Assembly (NCBI GenBank): GCA_050287085.1
Contig: JBNKBE010000022.1
Span: 1 to 58,638 of the forward strand
Length of the DNA: 58,638 nt
Source: Polyangiaceae bacterium
GTDB taxonomy: Bacteria > Myxococcota_A > Polyangia > Polyangiales > Polyangiaceae
Direction of reading: 5' to 3'
Shown: piece after piece, positions 47,149 through 57,040 of the stretch
Layout: each line of letters opens with the position of its first letter
How positions within the stretch are numbered: the first letter of the stretch is position 1
Notes under the pieces: generated by a model
The model's input: the letters and a program-made list of their open reading frames with translations, nothing else
Database searches by the model: none
What the model was told of the DNA's origin: nothing
Program-made: the position numbers and the translations under genes

Positions 47149-48930
47149 GTGCTCTTCAACACGCTCGCCTACGCGTGGTTCCTAGGAGTTGTCTTCTTCA
47201 CCTCCTGGGTGCTCGCGCAACCCGGAAAAGGCCTCTGGGCTCCTTGGATCGCGGTTGTCGCGTTCGCAGCCTATCACCTGAGACTAAGCCCGGCCTCGAG
47301 CGGAAGCCTGACTCCCATCGCACTTGGAGTTGTAGCCGCGACGGGTTTTGCAACCGCTGGGGTCGAGCGTGGCCCCTGGCGCCACGATAACAGACTCACG
47401 ATCCTGCTCAGCTGCGTCCTCAACGCAGCAGGGCTCGGGCTGCTGTCGAGCTGGGCATTGGGTCGCGATCCACTGTCAGCGGCCTGGCTGGCCATGAGAC
47501 TTCCGAGTCTGCCCGGACCCTGGCAACCCACGCAGTTGGCCGCCTGGCTCGGCCCAATGGTGCTAGCCGGTGCCAGCTGGAGTCTCCTTGCCTGCCGACG
47601 CCCGCGACTGACCTTCCTACTGCTGGCCAGCTACGTCTTCTATGCTCATTGGGACTACCGCTTTCTTCCCCTCATCATCGGTTCGTCGAGCATCGACTAT
47701 TGGCTTGGCCGAAAGATCGACGCCGCCTCCGACAACCGAACTCGCAAGCAATGGCTGGGGCTGACGGTCGTCGTCAACCTGGGCGTCTTGGCGTTCTTCA
47801 AGTACTACAACTTCGGCATCGATAGCGCACGGGCCGCCCTTTCTGCCCTCGACCTGAATGTGCCCGATTGGACACTAGAGGTCGCTCTTCCCGTAGGCAT
47901 CAGCTTCTTCACCTTCGAATCGATGAGCTATGTCGTCGACGTCTATCGCCGGGAGCTACCAGCTCATCGAAGCTACCTCGAATATCTCACCTTCGTTGCG
48001 TTCTTTCCGCACCTAGTCGCCGGACCCATCGTCCGCCCGCGCGATCTGCTCCCCCAGCTTGCCGCTCGCCCCACATTCTTCGCCCCCGCGGCGAGCGAAG
48101 GGCTGTTCTTGATCGGGATCGGTCTGCTCAAGAAGATCGCGATTGGGGACTACTTGGCCCTAAACCTCGTCGAGCGAGTCTTCGACGCACCTACGATGTA
48201 CTCGTCGTTGGAGTGCTATGCGGGTGTGATTTCTTATGCGCTGCAGATCTACTGCGACTTCTCCGGATACACGGACATCGCCATCGGCTCGGCGCTGCTT
48301 CTCGGTGTTCGCTTCCCGCTCAACTTCAACAGCCCCTACAAGGCCGACAGCATCCAAGACTTCTGGCGCCGCTGGCATATCTCGCTGTCGTCGTGGCTGC
48401 GGGACTACCTCTACATCCCCCTGGGAGGCAATCGCCGCGGCGCCGGTCGCACCTATGTCAACCTCATGTTGACGATGCTTCTTGGAGGCTTGTGGCACGG
48501 AGCCAGTTGGAACTTCGTGATCTGGGGTGGCTTGCACGGCTGCGCCCTATCTATCGAGCGAGCCCTCCAGCGCGAGCCCAGGCCCAGTAGTAGCGGCTGG
48601 GCGCGATGGCTTCGCGTCGCATTGGTCTTTCACTTCGTTTGTCTTGCGTGGATCTTCTTTCGCGCGTCGACCTTCAACCACGCACGGGTCATGCTAACGC
48701 AGCTGTCAGCGTTGACGACATTTCACCCCAATCTCCACCCCAAGGTGCTATTTGTGCTTGCTCTAGGTCTGGTGAGCCATTTTTGGCCGCAGCATACCTT
48801 CTCTCGGGCAAAGGCGGCTTTTGTTCGAGCGCCGGCACCTGTTCAGGGCGCCTGGCTCCTCCTGATAGCGTTATGCCTACGTGAGATGGAATCAGCAGAA
48901 GCGGTTCCCTTCGTCTACTTCCAGTTCTGA
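47149..48930 (+). CDS. MBOAT O-acyltransferase, AlgI/PatA/DltB family
   Basis: LPVGISFFTF, FFPHLVAGPI, YCDFSGYTD, FWRRWHISLSSWLRDYLYIPLGG, GLWHGA, C-terminal PFVYFQF. Confidence 0.95.
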   Translation: MLFNTLAYAWFLGVVFFTSWVLAQPGKGLWAPWIAVVAFAAYHLRLSPASSGSLTPIALGVVAATGFATAGVERGPWRHDNRLTILLSCVLNAAGLGLLSSWALGRDPLSAAWLAMRLPSLPGPWQPTQLAAWLGPMVLAGASWSLLACRRPRLTFLLLASYVFYAHWDYRFLPLIIGSSSIDYWLGRKIDAASDNRTRKQWLGLTVVVNLGVLAFFKYYNFGIDSARAALSALDLNVPDWTLEVALPVGISFFTFESMSYVVDVYRRELPAHRSYLEYLTFVAFFPHLVAGPIVRPRDLLPQLAARPTFFAPAASEGLFLIGIGLLKKIAIGDYLALNLVERVFDAPTMYSSLECYAGVISYALQIYCDFSGYTDIAIGSALLLGVRFPLNFNSPYKADSIQDFWRRWHISLSSWLRDYLYIPLGGNRRGAGRTYVNLMLTMLLGGLWHGASWNFVIWGGLHGCALSIERALQREPRPSSSGWARWLRVALVFHFVCLAWIFFRASTFNHARVMLTQLSALTTFHPNLHPKVLFVLALGLVSHFWPQHTFSRAKAAFVRAPAPVQGAWLLLIALCLREMESAEAVPFVYFQF

Positions 48931-48938
48931 ACAATCTC

Positions 48939-48988
48939 TTTGCTCGCGCACTCAAACTTGCCGTTTGCTCGCGCACTCAAACTTGCCG
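48939..48988. repeat. 25-bp perfect tandem duplication
   Basis: TTTGCTCGCGCACTCAAACTTGCCG at 48939 and 48964. Confidence 0.9.
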
Positions 48989-48990
48989 TC

Positions 48991-49335
48991 ATGACCCCCA
49001 ACGAAGACTTGCCCTCCCCAGACGGAACAGTTCCCGACGGCCATGGTGCGTCTCGGGCCAAGTTCGATCTCGACGGCCGAGCCCGTCCGGCGTTCATCCT
49101 CAAGTTGCCCCAGGACCCCACCCTCGAGCCAATCGCCGCAGCCTTCGAACGAGGAGACTTCCAGGAAGTCCGGCGTCTCGCGCTTGCCCTGCTCGCTCAA
49201 GGGCCGGAACCCGCGGTGGCACAGGCCGCGAGGGACTTGTATCGTCGCACGCAACCCGATCCGCTGCTCCGCGTTTTTCTGCTCACCTCGCTCGCGCTCT
49301 TCGCATTCCTGGTGGCGTGGACCTACGCGACGTGA
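48991..49335 (+). CDS. Small hypothetical protein with a C-terminal TM
   Basis: ATG 48991; helical AAFERGDFQEVRR; TM FLLTSLALFAFLVAWTY. Confidence 0.7.
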   Translation: MTPNEDLPSPDGTVPDGHGASRAKFDLDGRARPAFILKLPQDPTLEPIAAAFERGDFQEVRRLALALLAQGPEPAVAQAARDLYRRTQPDPLLRVFLLTSLALFAFLVAWTYAT

Positions 49336-49336
49336 G

Positions 49337-49948
49337 CTAGCAAACCAGATGGAAGCCCATACCCGCTGCTCGCGCGGCGTCCCCGTCGGCATCTTCCCGA
49401 TCGCCTATCACCAGACAGTGAGCTGGCAGCACTCCCACGCGCTCCGCCGCTGTCAGGTAGCCCTCCGGGTGTGGTTTGAGCCGTGCCGGCCCACCCGCTT
49501 CCCCGCTGGATACGACGACGTCGAAGTGCGTCCAGCGCGAGAACGCCAGTGCCTTTTGCGTCGCGGGATAGTCGCTGACAAGCGCCAACTTTCCCCCCGC
49601 TGAGCGGTAGTTCGCCAGCTCTTGAAGGAGCTCCTTGCGAGCAAAACGCCCCAGCCACTTCATTGGACGGCGTACCATCCAGTCCTCCACGATCGCCCGG
49701 ACGCGGGCCTCCGCGACGCCAAGCCGGGCCGCGGTGAGGCGCAACTGCTCTTCGTAGGGGCTCGAGCGCTCCAGCCGCTCCGCTAAGCGCACCTCCTCGT
49801 GGCTCCGCCGGAAGGCGCGCAGGACCGCGATAGCTGACCAGCCCATGACGAGCAACTCAATCGCCATCAACAAACGCACGGGGCGCTGTCGATACAACGT
49901 CCCGTCGAGATCCACCAGCACAGCGCCATACGACCGCAGATCCGGCAT
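49337..49948 (-). CDS. HAD-superfamily hydrolase
   Basis: DLDGTLY, VSD, LKPHP, IGDREDAD; start at MPDLRS. Confidence 0.9.
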   Translation of the reverse strand: MPDLRSYGAVLVDLDGTLYRQRPVRLLMAIELLVMGWSAIAVLRAFRRSHEEVRLAERLERSSPYEEQLRLTAARLGVAEARVRAIVEDWMVRRPMKWLGRFARKELLQELANYRSAGGKLALVSDYPATQKALAFSRWTHFDVVVSSGEAGGPARLKPHPEGYLTAAERVGVLPAHCLVIGDREDADGDAARAAGMGFHLVC

Positions 49949-50286
49949 ACGCAGACGGTAGTCGAGCCCAGGGAAAATGCCAAGCGGCGCCCGGGCCCGG
50001 ACAGCTTTGATATGAGGTGCGTCGAGCGGGCTTGCTCGCTCCGAACGGTTTTGGGTTCGGCCGGTGGGAGGGCTTTGGGGGGCTGGTGGCAGCACCGCTT
50101 TGCTGATGAGCTTGCCGCCATCACATCCCGGGGTGTCACTTGGAAAGGGCGTTGCGCTCAGAGTTAGCAGGTTGTGTGCCAGCGCCGAACGCCTCCGCCG
50201 ACCGAACGCGCAATGTGCCTCAACCACCCCCACGTGATTGGCGCCAGGCGTTGCTAGCAGTATGGTTCACCATTCAGCAGCCCCTC

Positions 50287-51174
50287 ATGACCAAACCCAT
50301 CATCGTCGTTGCCAAGCGCTCCGCGTACGGAAAGTTCTTGGAAGAGGACCAAGATCCGCGCGTCCGCGAACTGCTGCGCAGGGCGGACCCCAGCGTGCGC
50401 CGCTGGAAAAAGGCTCACGCGGCACACGTTCGAACCCTGGACAAGGTCGTGAACACCATCGAGCGCGCGGGCCTGAACGCTTGGGTCTTGCACGGCGCCC
50501 ACAAGGTATTCAACGGCGATAGCGCCGAGCTGGTCGTCAGTGTCGGGGGAGACGGCACGTTGCTGGCCGCATCACACCATCTCAACAAGGTCGCCATCCT
50601 GGGTGTCAACAGCGCACCCGGACACAGCATCGGCTTTTTCTGCGGCGCGACCGCGGCCGACTTCGAGGCGCGTTTCAAAGCTGCGCTAGACAAGCGGCAG
50701 TATACGACGATCCCGCGCATGCACGTCGACGTCGCTGGACGAATAATATCCCGACGCGTACTCAACGAAGCGCTCTTCTGCCACGCGATTCCGGCTGCCA
50801 CCACGCGCTACATCCTACGGCACGGAAGAAAGCGCGAAGAGCAACGGTCCAGCGGCGTGTGGGTCGGCACGGCTGCGGGCTCAACGGGTGCGCTGCGCTC
50901 GGCTGGCGGCCGGCTGCGTCCAATAACGGCGCGTGACCTGCAGTGGGTCGTGCGGGAACCCTATGTTGGCGAAGGGCAGCCCTACCGGATGACCCGCGCC
51001 GTAATACCCGAAGGAGAAAAGCTCTCGCTCCAGAACAAGATGCATGACGCCTGGCTATTCCTGGACGGTCCCTTCATGAAAACACCTGTTGCCCTCGGCG
51101 AAACGGTGCACTTTGCACTCTCCAAAGAAGCGCTCCTGCTCGCGGGCCTCGACGGAAAGCGGCCCCGGCGCTAA
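50287..51174 (+). CDS. nadK: NAD(+)/NADH kinase
   Basis: VGGDGTLL, GVN, VLNE, TAAGSTG..SAGG. Confidence 0.85.
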   Translation: MTKPIIVVAKRSAYGKFLEEDQDPRVRELLRRADPSVRRWKKAHAAHVRTLDKVVNTIERAGLNAWVLHGAHKVFNGDSAELVVSVGGDGTLLAASHHLNKVAILGVNSAPGHSIGFFCGATAADFEARFKAALDKRQYTTIPRMHVDVAGRIISRRVLNEALFCHAIPAATTRYILRHGRKREEQRSSGVWVGTAAGSTGALRSAGGRLRPITARDLQWVVREPYVGEGQPYRMTRAVIPEGEKLSLQNKMHDAWLFLDGPFMKTPVALGETVHFALSKEALLLAGLDGKRPRR

Positions 51175-51185
51175 GGAAGGACGGA

Positions 51186-52415
51186 ATGGCCGCTGCAACG
51201 CAAGAGACGAAGATGCGACAAGTAGAGCTGCTCAATGACTTGCGCCCCAAGATGCAGGCCTGGCGCCAGCAGCTTCATCAGCGACCGGAGCTTGCGTTCA
51301 AGGAGGTGGGGACGGCTGAGTTCGTTGCCCGGCAGTTGCGTTCCTGGGGGTTGGAGGTGGAGTCTGGCATTGCCGGAACCGGCGTCGTGGCGCGCTTGCG
51401 CGCTAAGCCTACGAGCGTCGATGCATCTGCGGACTCCAAGCGTCCGCGTGCAATCGGGCTGCGTGCCGATCTGGACGCCCTGCCGATGGAAGAAGCAAAC
51501 GAGTTTCCTCACCGTTCACTTCATGCGGGTTGTTTCCACGGCTGCGGTCATGACGGTCACACCGCGATGCTGCTGGGAGCAGCACACTATCTCGCCGAAC
51601 ACCGCGACTTTCGGGGCGAAGTAATCTTCATTTTTCAGCCGGCGGAAGAAGGCGCCGGAGGGGGGCGCGTCATGGTGGACGAGGGCCTCTTCGAGCGTTT
51701 TCCGTGTGATGAGATCTACGCGCTCCACAATTGGCCCTCGCTTCCCCTGGGCAAGATCGCGGTGCGTGCCGGAGCCATGATGGCGGCCACCGATCAGTGG
51801 GACTTGGTGGTTCGAGGCAAAGGCGGCCACGCGGCGTTTCCGCACCTCACGGTCGACCCCATCCACGTGGCAACACAGATCCAGCAGGCCTTCCAAGGAG
51901 TGATCTCCCGTTGGAACGATCCAACACACCCCATGGTACTGACCACGACACAATTCCACGCCGGAACCGCCTACAACGTTATCGCAGACACAGCGACGCT
52001 ATGTGGCACGTTGCGCACGCTCGACCCAAAGAAGCAACGGCAAGCCGCAAAGTTGATGCATGCCACAGCTACTGGCGTCGCTGCAGCCCTCGGCGCCGAA
52101 GCGACCTTCACCTTTCAAGAGGGTTACCCCGCCACCATCAACGATGCCACGTGCGCGGCCTACGCGGCCCAGGCAGCGGCGCACGTCGTTGGCACCGAAA
52201 ACGTCATAACGGACATCGCGCCGTCCATGGGCGGGGAGGACTTTTCGTTTATGCTCGCCGAACGACCAGGCGCGTACCTATGGCTGGGACAAGGTGACGC
52301 AAGCCACACCGCAGGTCTTCACAGTTCGCACTACGATTTTAATGACGCGGTGCTCCCGCTCGGTGCAGCGCTGCACGTATCCTTGGTGCAGTCGCGGCTA
52401 GCGCTAACTGCCTAG
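51186..52415 (+). CDS. M20D amidohydrolase (hippurate hydrolase-like)
   Basis: LHQRPEL, LRADLDALP, HGCGHDGH, FQPAEE, GGEDF, LHSSHYDF. Confidence 0.93.
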   Translation: MAAATQETKMRQVELLNDLRPKMQAWRQQLHQRPELAFKEVGTAEFVARQLRSWGLEVESGIAGTGVVARLRAKPTSVDASADSKRPRAIGLRADLDALPMEEANEFPHRSLHAGCFHGCGHDGHTAMLLGAAHYLAEHRDFRGEVIFIFQPAEEGAGGGRVMVDEGLFERFPCDEIYALHNWPSLPLGKIAVRAGAMMAATDQWDLVVRGKGGHAAFPHLTVDPIHVATQIQQAFQGVISRWNDPTHPMVLTTTQFHAGTAYNVIADTATLCGTLRTLDPKKQRQAAKLMHATATGVAAALGAEATFTFQEGYPATINDATCAAYAAQAAAHVVGTENVITDIAPSMGGEDFSFMLAERPGAYLWLGQGDASHTAGLHSSHYDFNDAVLPLGAALHVSLVQSRLALTA

Positions 52416-53107
52416 CCGCATCTCTCCGGAGTACACGCCCCCTCGGCATCGGGCACTGTCAGGGTGACCTCCGCCTCGGACCACGCGGTTCGCAGTACCT
52501 GCACCAAGTGCTCGCTCGACTGGGCCCCGGAAACGCCATAGCGCCCAACCCTGAAGAAGGGCACACCGCTTATCCCGAGGCGCGCCGCCAGCTCCAGATC
52601 CGCCGTGACCTCGTCTGTGTAGGCGCCGGACGCGACAACGCCTGCCGCAGCATCTGCATCAAGCCCAACCTGCTCTACACGAGCCAGCAGCCCAGCTTCG
52701 TTGTCCGGTGCCATCCCCTCGCAGAAGTGCCCAGCCAAGAACGCCTCCTTCAGTTCCGACTGAGCCCCCTGGACCCGCGCCCAATGCAACAGGCGATGGG
52801 CGTCCAGCGTATTGCCCCACTGAATACGCCCAAAGTCGAAGCGCAAACCTTCGGCGCCTGCCAGGGACGCCACGTGTTCCATCATTCCTTGAGCGCGCGC
52901 CAACGAAAGGCCGTACTTATTTGCCAAACGCTGTGCGTAGGCGGGTCCCTCGGCGGACGAGCTACCAGCTGCCGGATCGAGCTGAAAGCTGCGCCATCGG
53001 ATCGCAACGGGGACATCAAATGACTGAAGCGCCGCTTCGAAACGCCGCTTTCCGATGTAGCACCACGGGCACACCACATCAGACCATATGTCGACAGTGA
53101 GAGACAT
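52412..53107 (-). CDS. DsbA family oxidoreductase (FrnE-like)
   Basis: WSDVVCPWCYIGKRR, NTLDAHRL, GISGVPFF, VSGAQ. Confidence 0.93.
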   Translation of the reverse strand: MSLTVDIWSDVVCPWCYIGKRRFEAALQSFDVPVAIRWRSFQLDPAAGSSSAEGPAYAQRLANKYGLSLARAQGMMEHVASLAGAEGLRFDFGRIQWGNTLDAHRLLHWARVQGAQSELKEAFLAGHFCEGMAPDNEAGLLARVEQVGLDADAAAGVVASGAYTDEVTADLELAARLGISGVPFFRVGRYGVSGAQSSEHLVQVLRTAWSEAEVTLTVPDAEGACTPERCG

Positions 53108-53195
53108 GACTGCGAGCCTGGCACGATCGCCCAAACGCGCAAAGGCGATTTGTGGAGACTCTGGGCTTTGTCCACCGCAGCGCCTCACAGTATGG

Positions 53196-54011
53196 CTAGA
53201 ATGTAAGACCCAAGGCGCGGTGTAGAAAACGCATGAAAGGGGTCGCCTCATCAAAGGCCGCAGCAACGTAGTCGACGATCTGCGGGGAGAAGAGCAACTC
53301 GTGTTCGAAGTCCCTCACGGCGATGTGATCTTTCCGCTTGAGAGCCACGATCTGGGGGTGCTCCGGATCGAAACCTCGCGGCGCCCTAGCCAGACTATCG
53401 CCCCCTAGTTCAAAGTCGCGAGCAAACGGAGGCACCGACGACGCGCTGACATATTCCTTGCTGTGGCTGACGATGCGTTTGCGGATCTGCAACAAGGCCG
53501 GGGCATCCGGATGCCATACGCCAGCTCCCAGGAACGCACGCTCCGGGTCGAAATGGAAGTAGTAGCCCGGCGCGTGAACATCCTTGCCCACTTCGTGTCG
53601 AAAGTGGATTCCCACGTTGAGCTTGTACGGGTCCTTATTGGCACCGAATCGCGTGTCCCGCTGTGGACGCATGAGTGAGCCGCCCACGCGCTTGTCACTG
53701 GCCACGAAGTGCGGCGCAATTGACTTCAAGCGAGGTCCCAAAGCTCGAATGAAGGCGAGCGCAGGCTCGCGCACCAACGCTTCGTAGCGCGATTGATTTG
53801 CTTTGAACCAGTCTCGATCGTTGTGATGTGAAAGCTCAACCAAGAACCCAATGGCGTCGCGGGTGAAGCCCGAGAACTCGGGCGCACTCGCCTTCTGCGC
53901 CCCACGCGTCTTGGTACGTCCCTTCTCCGCGACGCTCGTCTCGCTCCCCCTAGCTTTGTTCTTGGACTTGGACTTGGATGAGACTGCTGAGCGACGCGCT
54001 GCCATGGCCAA
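53196..54011 (-). CDS. DUF2461 / TIGR02453 family protein
   Basis: HNDRDWFKAN, RDTRFGANKDPYK, APRGFDPEHP. Confidence 0.9.
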   Translation of the reverse strand: MAMAARRSAVSSKSKSKNKARGSETSVAEKGRTKTRGAQKASAPEFSGFTRDAIGFLVELSHHNDRDWFKANQSRYEALVREPALAFIRALGPRLKSIAPHFVASDKRVGGSLMRPQRDTRFGANKDPYKLNVGIHFRHEVGKDVHAPGYYFHFDPERAFLGAGVWHPDAPALLQIRKRIVSHSKEYVSASSVPPFARDFELGGDSLARAPRGFDPEHPQIVALKRKDHIAVRDFEHELLFSPQIVDYVAAAFDEATPFMRFLHRALGLTF

Positions 54012-54083
54012 ACACTAGCCGACCCGTCCTGCCGTCGCCAAGACCGTTTCCGCCCCCCAGGTGATCTGCTACAGGTCGATGCC

Positions 54084-55232
54084 TTGCAGCCATTCGCAGC
54101 ATCACCTGCGCCCGATAGCTCGAGCGCCTCCGGCTTCGTCGGCGCCGCCCCGGCTCCCAGACGCTGGTTGGAGTTCGTTCTCACCGGCGGCTCGACATTG
54201 CTGGTGTTGGCCCTCGGGCGGCTTCTGGGCGTCGCGGTCGAGCCTGACACGTCGCTATTCTGGGTGAGCTGGGCCACGTTCCACGGCGCAATCCTGGTCA
54301 ACGACCCGCACTTCGCTTCCTCCTACTTACTGCTCTATCCAGAGCTCGCCAAACGCCTCACCGATAGCGAAAGCCCCCCTCTGCAGCGTCTCCGCTACGT
54401 GTGGGCAGGCCTTGTTGCCCCCTTGCTGTTGATCGCGTGGGTGCTGACCAGCTTCATCACCCGCGACGCCGTGCTGCTCGGCTATCTGATCCAACTCATG
54501 TTTCTCCTCGTCAGCTGGCACTACGTCAAGCAGGGGTTTGGCGTGTGGTCGGTCCTGTCGGCACGGCGAGGTGTTCGCTACACAGAGCTTGAGCGTCGCG
54601 GGGTCCTAGCCCATTGCTTCGCCGCCTGGGCGTTTGCCTGGAGCCGGCGTGCAAGCGCTGGCGGAGAGTTTTCGGACAAGGGAGTCGTCTACACAGCGCC
54701 AGCCCACCCCCAATGGCTCTATCCAGCAGCATGTTTCTTGTTCTGGACCACATTCCTCACTGCCGCGGCATTGTTGATACGAAAGTGGCGGAGAGACGGC
54801 CAGCATCCGCCCCTGACGGCACTGTTCGGGTTGCTAACAAGTCTCTGGGCTTGGACGGTCTTCAGCGACATGGACCCGTTTCTGATGTACTGCATTCCCG
54901 CGTTGCACTCGCTACAGTACTTGTACTTCGTGGCGCTACGCGTGCGCGGAGACGCGACCCAGGCGCTTACATTTCGTTCACCTCGCACCAGGCAGATACG
55001 CTTTGCGGTCGGCGCCGTAGCTCTCGGGGTTGTCATGCTGCGCGTCACGGGCGAGGCGCTGGACGTGGTCTTTCCCGTGCCTCCAGACACGGCCCAAGCG
55101 TGGCGTTTTGGGGATACGCCGCTCTTCGCGGCACTGGTCACAATCGTCAACCTGCATCACTACTTCATCGACAACGTCATATGGCGACGCGACAGCCCCG
55201 CTGTCCGAGCGCTCGCAGCAGCGCCGCGCTGA
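54084..55232 (+). CDS. Multi-TM membrane protein with spaced His motifs
   Basis: About nine TMs; NDPHF, WHYVKQ, HSLQY, HHYFID. Confidence 0.75.
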   Translation: MQPFAASPAPDSSSASGFVGAAPAPRRWLEFVLTGGSTLLVLALGRLLGVAVEPDTSLFWVSWATFHGAILVNDPHFASSYLLLYPELAKRLTDSESPPLQRLRYVWAGLVAPLLLIAWVLTSFITRDAVLLGYLIQLMFLLVSWHYVKQGFGVWSVLSARRGVRYTELERRGVLAHCFAAWAFAWSRRASAGGEFSDKGVVYTAPAHPQWLYPAACFLFWTTFLTAAALLIRKWRRDGQHPPLTALFGLLTSLWAWTVFSDMDPFLMYCIPALHSLQYLYFVALRVRGDATQALTFRSPRTRQIRFAVGAVALGVVMLRVTGEALDVVFPVPPDTAQAWRFGDTPLFAALVTIVNLHHYFIDNVIWRRDSPAVRALAAAPR

Positions 55233-55397
55233 GAGCAAGCTCTGAGCTGGTTGCATTGCAGCCCCACTGCGACGGCCACAATGCTGCGGCACGACATTCC
55301 GCTCTGAATCCTATAACCCACACGCGAAGCTTGTCCGCCGCTGCGCACACCGGCACCCTTGCGATGGGCCCACGCTTTGAGCGCGCCCAGGCATAAC

Positions 55398-56795
55398 ATG
55401 AGACCCGCGATCCCCTTCCGTTGGGCCCTATGGGCTCTCATCTGCACCCCATTGGTCAGCTGCAAGGCGGCGGACGTTCCTTTCGGTTCGAAGAAGGCCA
55501 CGCGCCGCGATGCCGGAAGCTCTGCGCCTCAGCACCGAGAGGCAGGCGCGGGCGCGGAAGCTCCGGCACGCCTCAGCGTTGGCTCCCAGACAACAGCCTT
55601 GCCTCGCGCGTGCCAACCCAGCGCCAAGCGATGCGACGCATTCCCGGAGGCGCGCCCCGACAGACTCAGTGAACACGTGACGGTGTACGCGGACGATCAT
55701 CTTCAGATGATCGTCCATGGCGGCACTCGCTCGATACCAGAGGCGTGTGCGGTCGGTGGTCCCGTGCACTACGAAAGCCAGCTGTGGATCTACGACGACC
55801 CCTGCAATCGCTGGCTCAAACGCGAGTCGCCGGTCGCGCGCGGTCGCCACTACGGGGCCTACGGTGACGGCAAGCTCTGGCTCTTCGGTGGTCGCTATCG
55901 GGCCCCGGAAGAGACCGGCGCGTTCACGCTCTACGACGATCTTTGGCGATACGACGTAGCGACCGACGAGTGGGAACAGCAAGCGCCCGTCTCAACACCT
56001 GGCCCACGCTACGGCGGCCAGATGGTCTACGACGCGACGCGCAACCGCTTGTGGCTGTACGGTGGGTCCACCGACACTACGGGGGCCTACAACCCTTTGG
56101 ACGAGCTCTGGAGCTACGACATCACAAGCTCCGAGTGGAAGCGGCACAGAAGCGCCAACAGCCCGGGTGGACGCTTGCTGTTCTCGATGACGGCCGATTC
56201 CCAACGTGACGGCCTGGTGGTATTCGGCGGAATCGACGAGAGTTCCTTCACCGCCGGCGCCTACTATTCAGACCTCTGGTTCTTTGACTTGGCCGCCGGT
56301 GATTGGTCGAAGCTCGCCCCCGACCGCGCTGGACCCGCTGGACGCTTCTTTTCCGGCATGGCGTACGCGGCGGCCTTGGATGCCTACATATTGTTCGGCG
56401 GCCATGACGATACTATGTTGGGTCATCGCAACGAGACCTGGTTGTTCGATCCCGCGGCCGATCCAGCGGCATGGGTGGAATTCTCGCACGCCGGAGAACG
56501 GAAGCCCGCGGGAGATACTCAACTCAACCAAGCCCGGGGCTTGTGCGATTTCCCGCCCGACTTCACGGTGATCGATGCGGCCTCCCCGGAGCGACGCAGC
56601 GCTCACAGTCTCATCTACTCGCCCACGTGTGGGCGTGTGCTGCTCTTCGGTGGCAAGACCGACTGCGGCTCGATCGACGATATTTGGCACTTCGATCTGC
56701 GCACAGGATGGGAGCGGCGCGAAGCCGCGCGGGAGGGGGAAGCGTGCCTGCGCTGGCGCAAGGAGGCCAGTTCGTGCGGCGACTTGTGCTTCTAG
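55398..56795 (+). CDS. Kelch-repeat beta-propeller lipoprotein
   Basis: Lipobox LVSC; six GG...(D/E/Q)xWx(Y/F)D Kelch-type units. Confidence 0.85.
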   Translation: MRPAIPFRWALWALICTPLVSCKAADVPFGSKKATRRDAGSSAPQHREAGAGAEAPARLSVGSQTTALPRACQPSAKRCDAFPEARPDRLSEHVTVYADDHLQMIVHGGTRSIPEACAVGGPVHYESQLWIYDDPCNRWLKRESPVARGRHYGAYGDGKLWLFGGRYRAPEETGAFTLYDDLWRYDVATDEWEQQAPVSTPGPRYGGQMVYDATRNRLWLYGGSTDTTGAYNPLDELWSYDITSSEWKRHRSANSPGGRLLFSMTADSQRDGLVVFGGIDESSFTAGAYYSDLWFFDLAAGDWSKLAPDRAGPAGRFFSGMAYAAALDAYILFGGHDDTMLGHRNETWLFDPAADPAAWVEFSHAGERKPAGDTQLNQARGLCDFPPDFTVIDAASPERRSAHSLIYSPTCGRVLLFGGKTDCGSIDDIWHFDLRTGWERREAAREGEACLRWRKEASSCGDLCF

Positions 56796-57040
56796 CCGTA
56801 GCGCCGTCCCGACAGTCCGACCGCTCGCCTAGCCGCGGAGCGGAGGCACGGAGTGCACGCCCTACTATTCGCCTCGCGTCGTTGTGAAGTGGCGCCGCTC
56901 GTTGTGCCTTGCTAGCCTGCGAACGACGATTCGGGATTGGAAAAGGCTTCGGTATCGGGCCGGACTAGCGCGGGGGCGACCCAAAGCCAGTAGGCTCTCC
57001 CTCCACCTCGAGTTGTAGCAAAAACGAAGGGCGCGTACCC

